Shown here piece by piece: positions 25,235 to 38,357 of a stretch of 64,000 nucleotides of DNA (position 1 is its first letter; each line of letters opens with the position of its first letter). The DNA comes from Heptranchias perlo. Lineage: Eukaryota. The DNA lies in the NCBI RefSeq assembly GCF_035084215.1, contig NC_090346.1, positions 4,898,001 through 4,962,000 of the forward strand. Reading direction: 5' to 3'. The notes beneath the pieces were generated by a model, which saw only the letters and a program-made list of their open reading frames with translations, did no database searches and had not been told where the DNA came from. The translations under genes were made by a program, and so were the position numbers.

Positions 25235-27550
25235 CGCAAAGAAGGCACCCAGATTCACGGATACATTTGTGGATGTTTTACTGGATGAAGTAAGGGATAG
25301 AAATGAATGACTGTTGGGAACTGAACGCTTGAAGAGGGAGGTAGCTGAAGCAGTTAGTGCAATATTCACCACCCCAAGAACTGCAGCAAAGTGCAGGAAG
25401 AGGTTCAGTGAACTCAAGGGTGACCAAGAGATGTCATGCCACTGTTCCCAATGCACATTACCTCTCTGTGTCATTATCTAGGTGTCAGGGAAACTGACTT
25501 ATAAAAGGGGAACTTTTGGAAACAGGGTACATAGATCATTAAAATGTCATGAACAGGTACAGAAAATAATCAAAAAGGCTAATGGAATGCTGGCCTTTAT
25601 ATCTAGAGGACAAGAATACAAGGGGATAGAAGTTATGCTGCAGCTATACAAAGCCCTAGTTAGACCACACCTAGAGAACTGTGAAGGATATATTGGCCTT
25701 GGAGGGAGTGCAGCATAGATTTATTAGAATGATACCTGGACTCGAAGGGTTAAATTACAAGGAGAGCTCACACAAACTAGAGTTGTATTCCCTGGAATTT
25801 AGGAGATTATGGGGTGACTTGATTGAAGTTTTCAAGATATTAAGGGGAACTGATAGGGTAGAAAGAGAGAAACTATTTCAGCTGGTTGGGGAGTCTAGGT
25901 CTAGGGGACATAGCCTGAAAATTAGAGCCAGGGCTTTCAGGAGTGAAGTTAGGAAACACTTCTACACGCAAAGGGTGGTAGAAGTTTGGAACTCTCTTCC
26001 GCAAACGGCAGTTGATGCTAGCTCAGTTGTTCATTTTAAATCTGAGATTGATAGATTTTTGTTAACCAAAGGTATTAAGGGATATGGGGCTAAGGCTCTA
26101 GAGTTAGGTCACAGATCGGCCATGATCGCATTGAATGGCGGAACACGCTCGAGGAGCTAAATGGTCTACTCCTGTTCCTATGTTCCCAGTGAAGCACCAT
26201 TTTAACTCGCAATCATTCTGAACTCACATTGCCTACCACAACGGGTTCTATTAGTCTTAAAGGACAGTTGATTTAAATAGACAATGTGCCCACAGGTCTT
26301 ATCAAGGGACGTATGTGCTCATTTGGGGGAAAAGAAGTGTCCGTGCCATTCACTTTCCTTTAACATTGTATTCTCTTGCTGCAAAGGAAAAGACATACAT
26401 AACCAGCGTAGAGAAGTGTAACTGGAGGAGAAACACCATTACTTAAAATCCTGAGTCTACACGTAGAGGAAGCTCTGCAGATAATAGGTAGGCAGACAGA
26501 AGATGCTGTGGGAGATGGTGAGGTGGCACAAGAAGGTTGGTAAAGGCTGAGCAAGGCTTATCATATGTATTTTCAGCTTTATGTGCTTTCTCAAAGTTTT
26601 GCAATGCCCTTACAGTCAGCTGCTATATCTTCAAGGGGAAACAACTAAACACGTTCTTTTGTTTCTCATATTATAGGGGGTGCGTCAGAGGAAGAGGCTA
26701 GCCACTCCGAAGATCATCCGAGCATATCAAGATCCACAACTGCTAATGTGTCCATTTCCTCACCAACTCAGTCATGGCATCTCACTTACTCCAGCACCAG
26801 CCCAGAGATACCCCCGCATGGGAGGAAGTAGGTAGTGGTTTTCACTGAGTAAAGCACTGAGCGCTAATGGACATGAGGACCTGGGAGGGGAAGAGTGCCA
26901 TTCTTTCATGGAGGGTGAAGAAACAACTGCTGTCGGCTGAGGAGCCTATGGACCAGATAACAGGGTGCAATCTTCAAAAAAGCTATGGGTAGGGAACATT
27001 CATCTCATGTGAAGGCAGTGGAGACAGTTTTCACGCATATGGTTGAGATGATGGAGAAGTGGGAGGAGTCCACTACATGCATTTGCAAGACATTGCAGGA
27101 AAATTCACAAGACCTGCAGAACATCCTGGCGAGAGTGACAGTTCAAGAGATGTCTGCGGCAACAAGATGCCAGTAAGAGCTTCTAAGGACTTTGGTGGCT
27201 TCTGGAATGGCAGCTAACATTGCTTCCATAAATGCTTTGAGGGTCAGCCTGAATCCAACACTTTCACAGGGCTTCCAAGACCTGATTGGGGCAATTCGGT
27301 TCGTAATGACCCTGACTAGTAGCACCTCAGGGCCTGTGCCCGGCAGCAGTAGGCTGTATGGAGTGGTCATAGATGTTGCTTCCTGTCTGGAGAGTGGCAG
27401 TGAACCTGCTTCCTCAAGTCCCCCTCCAGTGCCTATGTTTGAGGGAACTTCAGACATGAGCCTGGCACCCCTTGATGATACAAGAGAAAGGCTGCTGGAA
27501 GCTGTCCCCCGGAACAGCTTCACTGAGACGAGAGTCACCTCAGTTCCCTA
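25235..27550 (+). pseudogene. Harbinger Myb/SANT-like DNA-binding protein remnant (spliced, disabled)
   Basis: KKAPRFTDTFVDVLLDEVRDR...TPRTAAKCRKRFSEL at 25238-25416, then TGGETPLLKILSLHVEEALQIIGRQTEDAVGDGE at about 26420-26525. The downstream boundary is uncertain. Confidence 0.7.
25521..26186 (+). mobile_element. CR1 LINE 3' fragment inserted inside the Harbinger element
   Basis: ORFs with LYKALVRPHLE, RRLWGDLIEVFKI and FYTQRVVEVWNSLP. Ends in the tail cctgttcctatgttcc. Confidence 0.92.
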
Positions 27551-28079
27551 AGGCTCCAGGTGAACTTTCCCAGCCACCTTTTGCTCAACTTCATCTCACT
27601 CGGAATATCTTGTAGAAGTAGTGGATTAGGAGCTAGAACAATTGAGTTAGCTGGCTTTATGGTTAGACATGGTGATAAGAAGTATTTATAGATAGTATAT
27701 GGATTTGTTGGCACCTTTTGGTGAATGCTGTTCTATAAATAAACACAGCTTGACTATATAGAGTTCAGATTCATTTCTGGGCATGCTTGTAACTTTTTGA
27801 GGTTGGATGATGATGGCAGGGGAAATTCAGACTTGTTTAATGAAGACAATAGGCAGAAGTTTTTAACATTGAAGGACTTTGCGAGAATGGGGGGAAGAAC
27901 ATGGGTGGGGAAAATTGTCTTTATTTGGTGTGTCAAATTTTATTCACTGAGCATCAGCCTCTACGTTGTCTCCTCCTTTCTCTGACTGATGGCTGCTCTT
28001 CTGTTCCACATCCTCTCCTTCCTGTGCACCTACCTCATGCTATGGAGATAGAGGTCCTTGCCCCTGTCTTAATCAGCAT

Positions 28080-28860
28080 CCCCTCCCAGCTTCTGGAAGC
28101 AGCAAGCCTTTCTTCATTGCAATATTGTGTAGTATGCAGCAATCTGCATCAATTCTGATGACTCTTCCTTGGCTATACTTCAGGACTCCAACATATTTAT
28201 CCAGGTACCTAAAATGAGAATTTAGAATCCAAATAGTCTGCCTAATCACACTTCTTCTAGTGCAATGGGCCTCATATTTGTTATCTCCTGCTTGTAGACG
28301 CCTAATTGGAGTCATACGCCATGACTGCAAGGGATAGTCCTGATCACCAATCAATCATACTTATACATAGCTTTGAGTCTTCAGGGCTAGTATGATAGAT
28401 TGGCATGTCTTGACAGCTTCCTAAAAAGCAGGCATTAACTTGCAGGATAAGGTAACTGGCATTTCACACTAGCTGCACATGAATTGAATGAAAGACTTTC
28501 CTGTTCATAAAGTTGAGGGATTTCTTATATGAAGCTTTGAATGCCACATGTGCTCCATCAATTGCTTGTTGCACCTATGGGAACCCTGCCAGAATGTAGA
28601 ATTGGGTAGCTTATTCACTTTATTAATCTGGTTCCAATGAGAAGGAAATGAACTGCAGAGCTAGCTGAAAGGGAGCATAAAGTGAGCTGCTTTATACAAT
28701 GGTGAATTGCTGCCTGACTAATTCACCAGATGCTGCCTGGAAAGATCCAGTTGCAAAGATATTCAAGTCAGTAAGATCTTCTTGGTCTGTAAACGCTATT
28801 GTAGGAAACAAATGTCTTCTGTGATATCTCACTTTAAATATCTCCAATCTTGCATCTTCT
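28080..28860 (-). pseudogene. Harbinger (HARBI1-like) DDE transposase remnant
   Basis: On the - strand: LNIFATGSFQAASG, AGFP*VQQAIDGAHVA...NRKVFHSIHVQLV and IGDQDYPLQSWRMTP...CCILHNIA, broken by stops and frameshifts. Confidence 0.88.
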
Positions 28861-30183
28861 ATATCTTCATCATCCTCCTCAGGAGGAATAGAGGGATTCC
28901 CACTGGGAAATCCATGTCCCCAATCCAAAACTGTACTTTCTATGGAGCTGACTAAAATGGCAGGAAAGCTGCTGATGGAACTGCCAGAGCACCAAACAGA
29001 AAAATCAATATGCAGGCAAAATAACACTAACCTTTAGCTCTAGCAAACAAAATGACCTCCTCAATGTGGTATTTGCCTCAGGGATAGCTATGTGCTGCTC
29101 ATACTACAATTTATATAGTGGTAGTTTTAATTAGGGTTGGGTGTGGAGTGGAAGTTGAGGAAAATGCAGCAGGAATGTTAGCCACGCCCACCCAACCCCA
29201 GTTGAAATGGTAGGGAATGGCGGATTTTGGGGAGCAAAATTCCAGTGCCATTTTTTGGAGTGGATTTGAGGCAATGGGTCAGTTTACTCAGTTCAATGCC
29301 ACAAACCACTCGAAAACGCCTGTATTATGAAGGAAAATTCAGGTCAATGTGTGTACTTTGCAATAGATGGTGTGTCCATTTTGCAAGAGGCATTGCCATT
29401 TTCTGAAGTACCAAAACGTTTTCCTTCAGCATCAGCTAGTCGGGCGTGCAATCCTGGATGCCTATTGTGCTTCCAGATTCAATCTTGCAAATTTCAGGAT
29501 CCAATGTACGGATCTTGATTGCTCCTTACAATTACTTCCACACTGTTACCAGGATTTTGGTTTTGTCGTCTCTTAATGTTTACAAGCTTCACGTTTCATT
29601 ACCTTGGCTTCTGCTTGCACTCACCAGCTGGTATCAGGCTTCAAGCTTCGGTTCCTTCTACCTCCTGTCACTTATTCAGCAGCAGGACACCTTTATTTTG
29701 TCCCAACCGCACAGTCATCTGTGTGTCTCTCCAGTACTGACCAATCTCTCTCTTGCAGTATTTTATCTCACTCGCTGTTGTCTTTATTTGTGACTCCTTT
29801 TCTCACTCACCTGCAACTCTCTTCCTTTGTGTCCCTATCTGCTTCGGCTCCTCTTCATAAATCACTAGGAACAGCATAGGCTGTTCCTGAGAGATTCTAG
29901 GGTTGCAGACTCTAACAGCTAGGCTTGAGCAGACTTATACATCAAAAATGTACATATTTACTAGTGGCATATAATGGCTTATTCTTTGTTTTCATTATTT
30001 TAAATAAAGCCTGGGGAAATATGTTGAAGTAAAATTCAATTTAAGATTAAGATCTTTAATTCAAATAAGATTGAATCTTTAACGAATTCCACCGTGACAT
30101 TAATCTCTTAATATTTATGTTGAAAATGTAATTATTTCATTACTGTATTACTTTAAAGATGAGAAAAATATCATTGTTTTAAG

Positions 30184-30284
30184 GTAGGGGAGCAGAAGTA
30201 TTTTACTACTGCAGACAAAAGAAAAGGACAGCGATGTGAAGTAAAACTGTTTGATGAAACTGTACCTTCATTCCTTATGAGCTG
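30184..30284 (+). CDS. MEIOB: MEIOB coding exon 6 ([33 protein letters not shown])
   Basis: ttttaAG acceptor, 101 nt, GTTAGT donor at 30285. Matches human [26 protein letters not shown]. Confidence 0.96.
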
Positions 30285-30354
30285 GTTAGTACATTTTTGA
30301 GCTCTTCTACAAATACAGTGAAATAAGTTTGGAAGTTGCTTACATTATCTCCTG

Positions 30355-30830
30355 AGATGTATTAGGATGGGCTATTCAGTCTATTTGATCTCATCCTTTC
30401 AGAATACCAACCATGCCATCTTTACAGTAAAGCATCTAAGTCTGGTGTCCTGAACTGCTCCTTCTGACAGCCACTTCCAGCTTTTGATCAGTCTCTGTGT
30501 AAAGAAATACTTCCTGATCCCTGTCCCAAATTCTATAACCCTGACCCTTTTACCCGGCTGCCCCACCATGTCTGAAAGGATATTTTTTCTATTTCATTCA
30601 CTATCTTATATACTTCTGTAAATTCCCCTTTGTGACATTTCTTTTTGGGGCAGAAAAGCCCTAGCCTATCAAGTTGTTAATCTAATTCTTCTGATATCTC
30701 TGAGGGACCTCTTTGCTTCTCTCTGCACTTTTCTTCTATGGTCTGAAAAATCCCCTCATGTCACTGCAAGCAGAACTATACACAGTATCTAGGTGCCACC
30801 TGACCAGGACACTGGACAGCTTATGGGGAT
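30355..30830 (-). mobile_element. Old CR1 fragment
   Basis: cagaactatacacagtatctaggtg (reverse of a HLxYCxxFW-like segment) and ctctgtgtaaagaaatacttcctga. Heavily diverged. Confidence 0.55.
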
Positions 30831-31359
30831 TTGAATTCAACTGATTTTCAGTATTTTCTGTTTTTATCTCAGATTTCCAGCATTTGCAATCTTTAGTTTT
30901 TTATTGGACTCTGTCTAGTTTTTGAAGCCATCGTGTTTGGGATTTAAAAATGTTGAAATTGTTAGTTGTGTCTGGTGCTTAGTACAGAAAAGCTTTTAGG
31001 ACTTCCAAAGTACTTTTTCATGCCAAATTCTACAAATCTTGCTAGAAATCTATGGAACTATACAATATTTGTTAATTCATATTATTACAGCAGATTGTGA
31101 TACATTTTATGGTGCTTTTGTTATTTCACTGCTATACAACTTTTTAAGAGTTGTACCATCTGCTCTAAATCTGAAGGTAATTATTGGATTCATTTGGGAC
31201 ATTATTGCAACTCACAGTATTTAAAACATCATGTTAGATAATCTTTTTCCTACATAATAGTGATTAATTCTCTAACAACGAGAAAATAACTGAATTTTTA
31301 TGTTTTGGGGGAAAGCATCCTTTTTACCAACTGACTAATTACATTTGTGATTTCCATAG

Positions 31360-31412
31360 CTGGGATAATGAATCTATACAGCTTGCACAGACATGGATAC
31401 CCAGGGAAACAG
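31360..31412 (+). CDS. MEIOB: MEIOB coding exon 7 ([18 protein letters not shown])
   Basis: catAG acceptor, 53 nt, GTGTTG donor at 31413, followed by a 109-nt intron. Confidence 0.95.
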
Positions 31413-31521
31413 GTGTTGTATATTTCAATTTATGTGAGGTATATCTTTCTTGTTCTGAAATTAAGAATTCCGCAACATGCCTTAATACTGTTTATGGGTT
31501 GGGTCTTTGTAACTTTTACAG

Positions 31522-31617
31522 TCCTGTTCATAGCCGATGTACGAGTAAATTACGATGGTTTTCGCAACTGTATGACTGCCACAGTGACCGCTAAAACCAT
31601 CATTACAACAAATCCTG
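31522..31617 (+). CDS. MEIOB: MEIOB coding exon 8 ([32 protein letters not shown])
   Basis: ttacAG acceptor, 96 nt, GTAAGA donor at 31618. Confidence 0.96.
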
Positions 31618-32818
31618 GTAAGATTTTTCAGTTATGTCACTATTTTAACTGTCTTATAATGTCAAAACTAAAGATTAGTGACCATTCAGAGTTTCACTTT
31701 AAGAAATATCAATTATCATTAAATAAGGAACAAAGCACAGAAAGCTTTGTCGTCTTTTTTTAAAATTAGATTTCTGGAGCTGATTATCCTATCTAGTCAA
31801 GGCAGTCATTGAGGCTTCCAAAATGTGTTTATCTTCACAGAAATAAAATGTTTGCTAGTAATCGCATGATATAAATATAAGTAATACATACACTGTAGAA
31901 TGCCCTGAGCAGTTGAGGGCCCAATCTTGAAACCAATAATTTTATTACAAAATTTCCTTCAGGTTGGGTTTTGATATAATCAGGGATAAATTATGGATCA
32001 TTTATATTGCAGAACAACTTCTATTTGAGCAATATGTTTTGCTCAGGTACACATGAGCACTAATGGCAACTAAGTAAAAGACTGAAAAACTAGCAAAAAC
32101 AGACATTGCTGAAAGTACTTAGCAGGTCATCTTTGGAGAGAACAGATAACATAATTCCATTTTCTTTTTATAGTTTTCCTGATAATGTAGCGGTCTCTTG
32201 ACGACTGCCTAAATTGTGTGTGTAAATCCTGGGGGGTTTGAAACCACAGTATTCTGACTCGGAACTAAACTGACCCTCATCCCAGCAAGAATTCATTGTT
32301 GAGCCTTGGTTATTCCAGGGCACCAAAACTGCAGATTATATTTTAAGCACAACTGAACATCATTACTAATAAACTACGCTATGTTTAAAATAAATATTTG
32401 ATATGTAGCCCTCTATACCTATGAATAGAAAATAATACACGAATGAAACAGATTAATTTTAACTGATTGCTTTTTACCTGAAAAGCTTTTTGTTCTTTTT
32501 AGTTGCTTTGAAAGTTGGACAAATTGGTTTCACCATTTAGTCTGTGATGATGTCATGCAGACATGATCTATTTTTTGTAAAGTGATATATCAGTATGTAG
32601 TATATTCTCTATTGTTTTATCAATGAATAAGCAGGTCATGTTTTTCTTTTTTTGTGTTGTGACTGGATTATGATTATTGACTGAAGTATAACTTAATTAA
32701 AATCTTTCTGGGTTTAGCAAAAAAGGGCATTGTAACTTTAGATATCTAAAATAGTGGGATACAATACAATGAAAAGCATTATTGCTACGTTTTGCCTTTC
32801 TACATTGGAAATATCAAG

Positions 32819-32911
32819 ACACAAAAGAAGCCAATCTGCTGTTTAACTTTGCCAAAGAATATGCAGAAAATGATGAAGACGATCCAGAACAAACAAATGA
32901 GTTAATAAACA
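32819..32911 (+). CDS. MEIOB: MEIOB coding exon 9 (DTKEANLLFNFAKEYAENDEDDPEQTNELIN)
   Basis: caAG acceptor, 93 nt, GTAAGT donor at 32912. The EAN-x-L-x-NF motif is conserved and an acidic linker follows. Confidence 0.9.
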
Positions 32912-33026
32912 GTAAGTCATTAACTTTTATATTTGAAAATACAATGTAATTTAATTTGGCTCTATATAATTCATCAGTGATATAAAACTGTATTAGATAA
33001 GTTCAACTACATAAATTGCTTTACTT

Positions 33027-35716
33027 AGAATCATAGAAGTTTACAACATGGAAACAGGCCCTTCGGCCCAACATGTCCATGTCGCCCAGTTTATACCACT
33101 AAGCTAGTCCCAATTGCCTGCACTTGGCCCATATCCCTCTATACCCATCTTACCCATGTAACTGTCCAAATGCTTTTTAAAAGACAAAATTGTACCCGCC
33201 TCTACTACTGCCTCTGGCAGCTCGTTCCAGACACTCACCACCCTTTGAGTGAAAAAATTGCCCCTCTGGACCCTTTTGTATCTCTCCCCTCTCACCTTAA
33301 ATCTATGTCCCCTCGTTATAGACTCCCCTACCTTTGGGAAAAGATTTTGACTATCTACTTTATCTATGCCCCTCATTATTTTATAGACTTCTATAAGATC
33401 ACCCCGAAACCTCCTACTCTCCAGGGAAAAAAGTCTCAGTCTATCCAACCTCTCCCTATAAGTCAAACCATCAAGTCCCGGTAGCATCCTAGTAAATCTT
33501 TTCTGCACTCTTTCTAGTTTAATAATATCCTTTCTATAATAGGGTGACCAGAACTGTACACAGTATTCCAAGTGTGACCTTACTAATGTCTTGTACAACT
33601 TCAACAAGACATCCCAACTCCTGTATTCATTGTTCTGACCAATGAAACCAAGCATGCTGAATGCCTTCTTCACCACCCTATCCACCTGTGACTCCACTTT
33701 CAAGGAGCTATGAACCTGTACTCCTCGATCTCTTTGTTCTATAACTCTCCCCAACGCCCTACCATTAACGGAGTAGGTCCTGGTCCGATTCGACCTACCA
33801 AAATGCATCACCTCACATTTATCTAAATTAAACTCCATCTGCCATTCATCAGCCCACTGGCCCAATTTATCACGATCCCGTTGCAATCCCAGATAACCTT
33901 CTTCACTGTCCACAATGCCACCAATCTTGGTGTCATCTGCAAACTTACTAACCATGCCTCCTAAATTCTCATCCAAGTCATTAATATAAATAACAAATAA
34001 CAGCGGACCCAGCACCGATCCAGTTTGAAAAACAACCCTCTACAACCACCCTCTGTTTTCTGTCGTCAATCCAATTTTGTATCCAATTGGCTACCTCACC
34101 TTGGATCCCATGAGATTTAACCTTATGTAACAACCTACCATGCGGTACCTTGTCAAAGGCTTTGCTAAAGTCCATGTAGACCTCGTCTACTGCACAGCCC
34201 TCATCTATCTTCTTGGTTACCCCTTCAAAAAACTCAATCAAATTCGTGAGACATGATTTTCCACTCACAAAACCATGCTGACTGTTCCTAATCAGTCCCT
34301 GCCTCTCCAAATGCCTGTAGATCCTGTCTCTCAGAATACCCTCTAACAACTTACCCACTACAGATGTCAGGCTCACCGGTCTGTAGTTCCCAGGCTTTTC
34401 CCTGCCGCCCTTCTTAAACAAAGGCACAACATTTGCTACCCTCCAATCTTCAGGCACCTCACCTGTAGCGGTGGATGATTCAAATATCTCTGCAAGGGGA
34501 CCCGCAATTTCCTCCCTAACCTCCCATAATGTCCTGGGATACATTTCATCAGGTCCCGGAGATTTATCTACCTTGATGCGCGTTAAGACTTCCAGCACCT
34601 CCCTCTCTGTAATATGTACACTCCTCAAGGCATCACTATTTATTTCCCCAAATTCCCTAACATCCATGCCTTTCTCAACCGTAAATACCGATGTGAAATA
34701 TTCATTCAGGATCTCACCCATCTCTTGTGGTTCCGCACATAGATGACCTTGTTGATCCTTAAGAGGCCCTACTCTCTCCCTAGTTACTCTTTTGCCCTTT
34801 ATGTATTTGTAGAAGCTCTTTGGATTCTCCTTTGCCTTATCTGCCAAAGCAATCTCATGTCCCCTTTTTGCCCTCCTGATTTCTCTCTTAACTCTACTCT
34901 GGCAATCTCTATACTCTTCAAGGGATCCACTTGATCCCAGCTGTCTATGTATGTCATATGCCTCCTTCTTCTTTTTGACTAGGGCCACAATCTCCCAAGT
35001 CATCCAAGGTTCCCTACTTCTACCAGCCTTGCCCTTCACTTTATAAGGAATGTGCTTACCCTGAACCCTGGTTAACACACTTTTGAAAGCCTCCCACTTA
35101 CCAGACGTCCCTTTGCCTGCCAACAGACTCTCCCAATCAACTTCTGAAAGTTCCTGTCTAAAACCATCAAAATTGGCCTTTCCCCAATTTAGAATTCTAA
35201 CTTTTGGGCCAGACCTATCCTTCTCCATAGCTATCTTAAAACTAATGGAATTATGATCACTGGTCCCAAAGTGATCCCTCACTAACACTTCTGTCACCTG
35301 CCCTTCCTTATTTCCCAAGAGGAGGTCAAGTTTTGCCCCCTCTCTAGTCGGGCCATCCACATACTGAATGAGAAATTCCTCCTGAATACACTCAACAAAT
35401 TTCTCTCCATCCAAGCCCCTAATGCTATGGCTGTCCCAGTCAATGTTGGGAAAGTTAAAGTCCCCTACTATTACCACCCTATTTTTCTTGCAGCTGTCTG
35501 TAATCTCCTTACATATTTGCTCCTCAATTTCCCGTTGACTATTTGGGGGTCTGTAGTACAATCCTATCAAAGTGATCTCTCCCTTCTTATTTTTCAGTTC
35601 TACCCATATAGACTCCGTGGGCGAACCCTCGGATATATCCTCTCTCACTACTGCCGTGATGTTCTCCCTAATCAAGAACACAACTCCCCCTCCACTCTTA
35701 CCTCCTGCTCTATCTT
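33027..35716 (-). mobile_element. Young 5'-truncated CR1 LINE (partial endonuclease, RT, 3' UTR), antisense in a MEIOB intron
   Basis: ORFs 33981..35681 (GDFNFP, SDHN, KSPGPD, NYRPVSLTS, MDFSKAFD) and 33104..34015 (FADD, HLEYCVQFWSP). Terminal ttctatgattctaa repeat. A single deletion near 34018 breaks the frame. Confidence 0.97.
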
Positions 35717-37693
35717 AACTTAACAAAATTCTTCCACTAAGTGTATAAAAGTGAAATTTTGATTTTAAAAGATGACTTGCTTTGATTTTAACATTGAAAA
35801 AATAGGTATATTTGAAGTAGGCCATCCTTTTATCAAGTACACCAGTCTAAACAACAGTCTTAGCTGCTCCCCAACTAAGCTTAACTTTGATCCTGGAATA
35901 TGACTCATCATTGCGACATTTATTCACGTGGCACCTCGTCTTTGAATAGCACCAAGATTACAGGGCATCACTTAAGGAGGTATTCCTCCTCTAATATTGT
36001 ATGATAAAGTAGACTCGATTATGCAGGAGAATTTAGCAAAGAAAAGAAGTCTAAGGAATATGTGTCAACTCCTAATGAATGCTATGAATGACAAGAAGTT
36101 TGCAACCTTATTAATGTGATGCCAGCAGTACAATGATTATGACAGAGTATTAGAAACAGGTTCATTGACTTCAATCAGAATGCAAAATAAATTGCTGCCA
36201 ATTGGTAGGAGCAGGGTGGTCCCTCATGAATGCAAGCACCAACACCGAATGAGAAAAAAGTAGCTAATTTTTTTTCCCTGGAGTCCTTTGAAGCTGTGGA
36301 GTGAGCAGAGCCAGATCTTCTCACACTTGAAGGAGAGCATTCTGGTAGGTATGAAAGCTATTTTTACCACGAGCATGAGTAATCAATGGGGAGTTGAGTC
36401 AAGTCATAGGAAGATTAAATCCAGTAGGCGGTCCCTCCATTGGCAGGGTTGATTGCACCCTGGAGAAAAAGAACTGTCACTTGAATTCCAGCCTGTTTCC
36501 AATTTGAATAGTTGTCATGTCTGGATTTAGTGAGCTCATTGAGGAGTTTGGCCCACTGGTAAGCTTGGTGGCCCAGTGGCTGAGCAGTACCATCTGAGAC
36601 TGGTGGGGAATCTGATGTCAGTCCCCTTTATAATATATCATAGGAACATAGGAATCTGCAGGCCAGGAAAAGTCCATTGTGGTCCATCTGGCTGGTCCCA
36701 GTGTATCAATGTTGTCATTAGCACGGCATCAATAAGGTTACAAACTTCATTCTTTTAAAAACAATACAAACGGAGCAGTGCCGGTCAATTTTAGTACAAG
36801 ATCCTGATCTATGTTCTTCATCAAAAAACTGTAATGATGAGATTGTTACAAGCAAACTGGATTTTATTTTTAAATCAGTGCTTAGATAGAGATGAGGCAC
36901 TAGTTTTCATCGATTCAGGTTCCATTGAGACTGCAAAACTGATTTATTTCAGAATAATATTTTTATTTTTTATGGTTTAATATCCTTTGCCAATTGGACA
37001 GAATTACTTAGTAAACTTTTTACTGATATATTCTTTATTTTACAAACAGCATACAATGAAAGCACATAAAAATAAACTATTTACAAGAATTCTGCAGTTT
37101 CATTGCAAGCAGTTGTGATCTTGATGCTAGCTAAAGTAAAACCTTTTACACTTTACTCCTTATAAAGACATCAGGATCCATTAGTCCAAGTGACATTACC
37201 GACGTTTTCAAGGACGTCATCTCTCCATATGCTAACCACTGCTGAAGTAATATAACATGCCCCACATCTAAAATTCTGCTTTCATTGTGGTTCTAGCATA
37301 TTAGCAAAGTCCTAAGGTATGTGCTAATAAAGAAAATAATTACATAGCCCCAGTAGATGATTAGATGTCAAATTTTCAAGTTGCTACCCCTATTTATTTG
37401 TGCTGTTATTATGTATTGATAGCACAAAACATTTATTTGCACGCTTTATTGAAGGGACGTTGGGTGCACGCAATATAGACATTTTACAATATTTAATTCA
37501 CTAGTAAGTTAAATGGACTGCTGACATTTTCTCTTTTCTACAGAATTCACTACAAATTACTTTAGTGTAATAATTTGAGTACTGGATTTCTGTATTGTGC
37601 ACTCCTTTTACTTGTGTAGAGAGGGGACATTTTATTGTAAGGTTTAGGAATTATTCCACCCATGCTTTACATCTTTTCACTTTATCTTTGCAG

Positions 37694-37847
37694 TACATTC
37701 TATTGTGGATGTGTTCACTGTGCAGCAGTTAAAAAATAAAGTAATGGACAATGTCGGCAAGTCTGAGCCCATCTATGGAATCATATATGCTTACGTTACT
37801 ATGCTTAATATCGATTCTGATAGTTCAAAGATAATAAAATCCAGATG
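37694..37847 (+). CDS. MEIOB: MEIOB coding exon 10 (IHSIVDVFTVQQLKNK...YGIIYAYVTMLNIDSDSSKIIKSR)
   Basis: ttgcAG acceptor, 154 nt, GTGAGC donor at 37848. Confidence 0.95.
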
Positions 37848-38357
37848 GTGAGCATGATGCTTATACTTAATTTTAAATTTACACATTTAAAAAAAAATTA
37901 CTGGTGCAGTTTTACTTGGTGCTGTACCTAATGTAAATGCACTATGTTATCCGTTCAAATTAGGACCAAGGACAGTAACATTTTCTTTTTATAGTATTCC
38001 TGACAAAAATATATAAGAAAATCTTGCTAACCCATCGAATCTGAACTTTCCCCTGCTTTGCGCATAGCTTTTCTAAGTTCTGAATGGCCGTAGACAGGTA
38101 GCTTAAATGTTTACCCGATATAGGGATGTATCCTTTTGCAGAATTGATTTATATTGTTAAACTTGGCGATTTCTTCCCAACAAAGATTATAAAGAAGGCA
38201 GCAGCTGTAAAACAATGCCAGAATACCAAAAACATTTTTTTTTGCTGTCATCTACTAACAGCCATACCATACCATTCAGTAGTAAAGTGCTGCTTGTCTA
38301 CTTGGTTATGTTAGTGATTAAAAGTTCTGCAAACAACAACCAGTAGCTGTAATAAGA

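Larger units (their letters stand above)
24995..29345. mobile_element. Decayed PIF/Harbinger DNA transposon with convergent Myb-like and transposase genes
   Basis: Terminal inverted repeats cctggattttcctt (24997-25010) and aaggaaaattcagg (29330-29343) match at 13 of 14 positions. AAT flanks both ends. Both gene remnants lie inside. Confidence 0.8.

Noticed and set aside
28073-29027. Functional domesticated HARBI1-like gene
   Set aside because: In-frame stops, frameshifts and decayed catalytic-region motifs indicate a dead transposase.
31347-31763. 138-aa ORF as a standalone gene
   Set aside because: It reads through MEIOB introns. Only the part matching exon 8 is in the MEIOB frame.
33104-35681. 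566-aa and 303-aa reverse-transcriptase ORFs as a novel RT-based system
   Set aside because: Standard CR1 ORF2, 5'-truncated and frameshifted, with many related fragments in the window.
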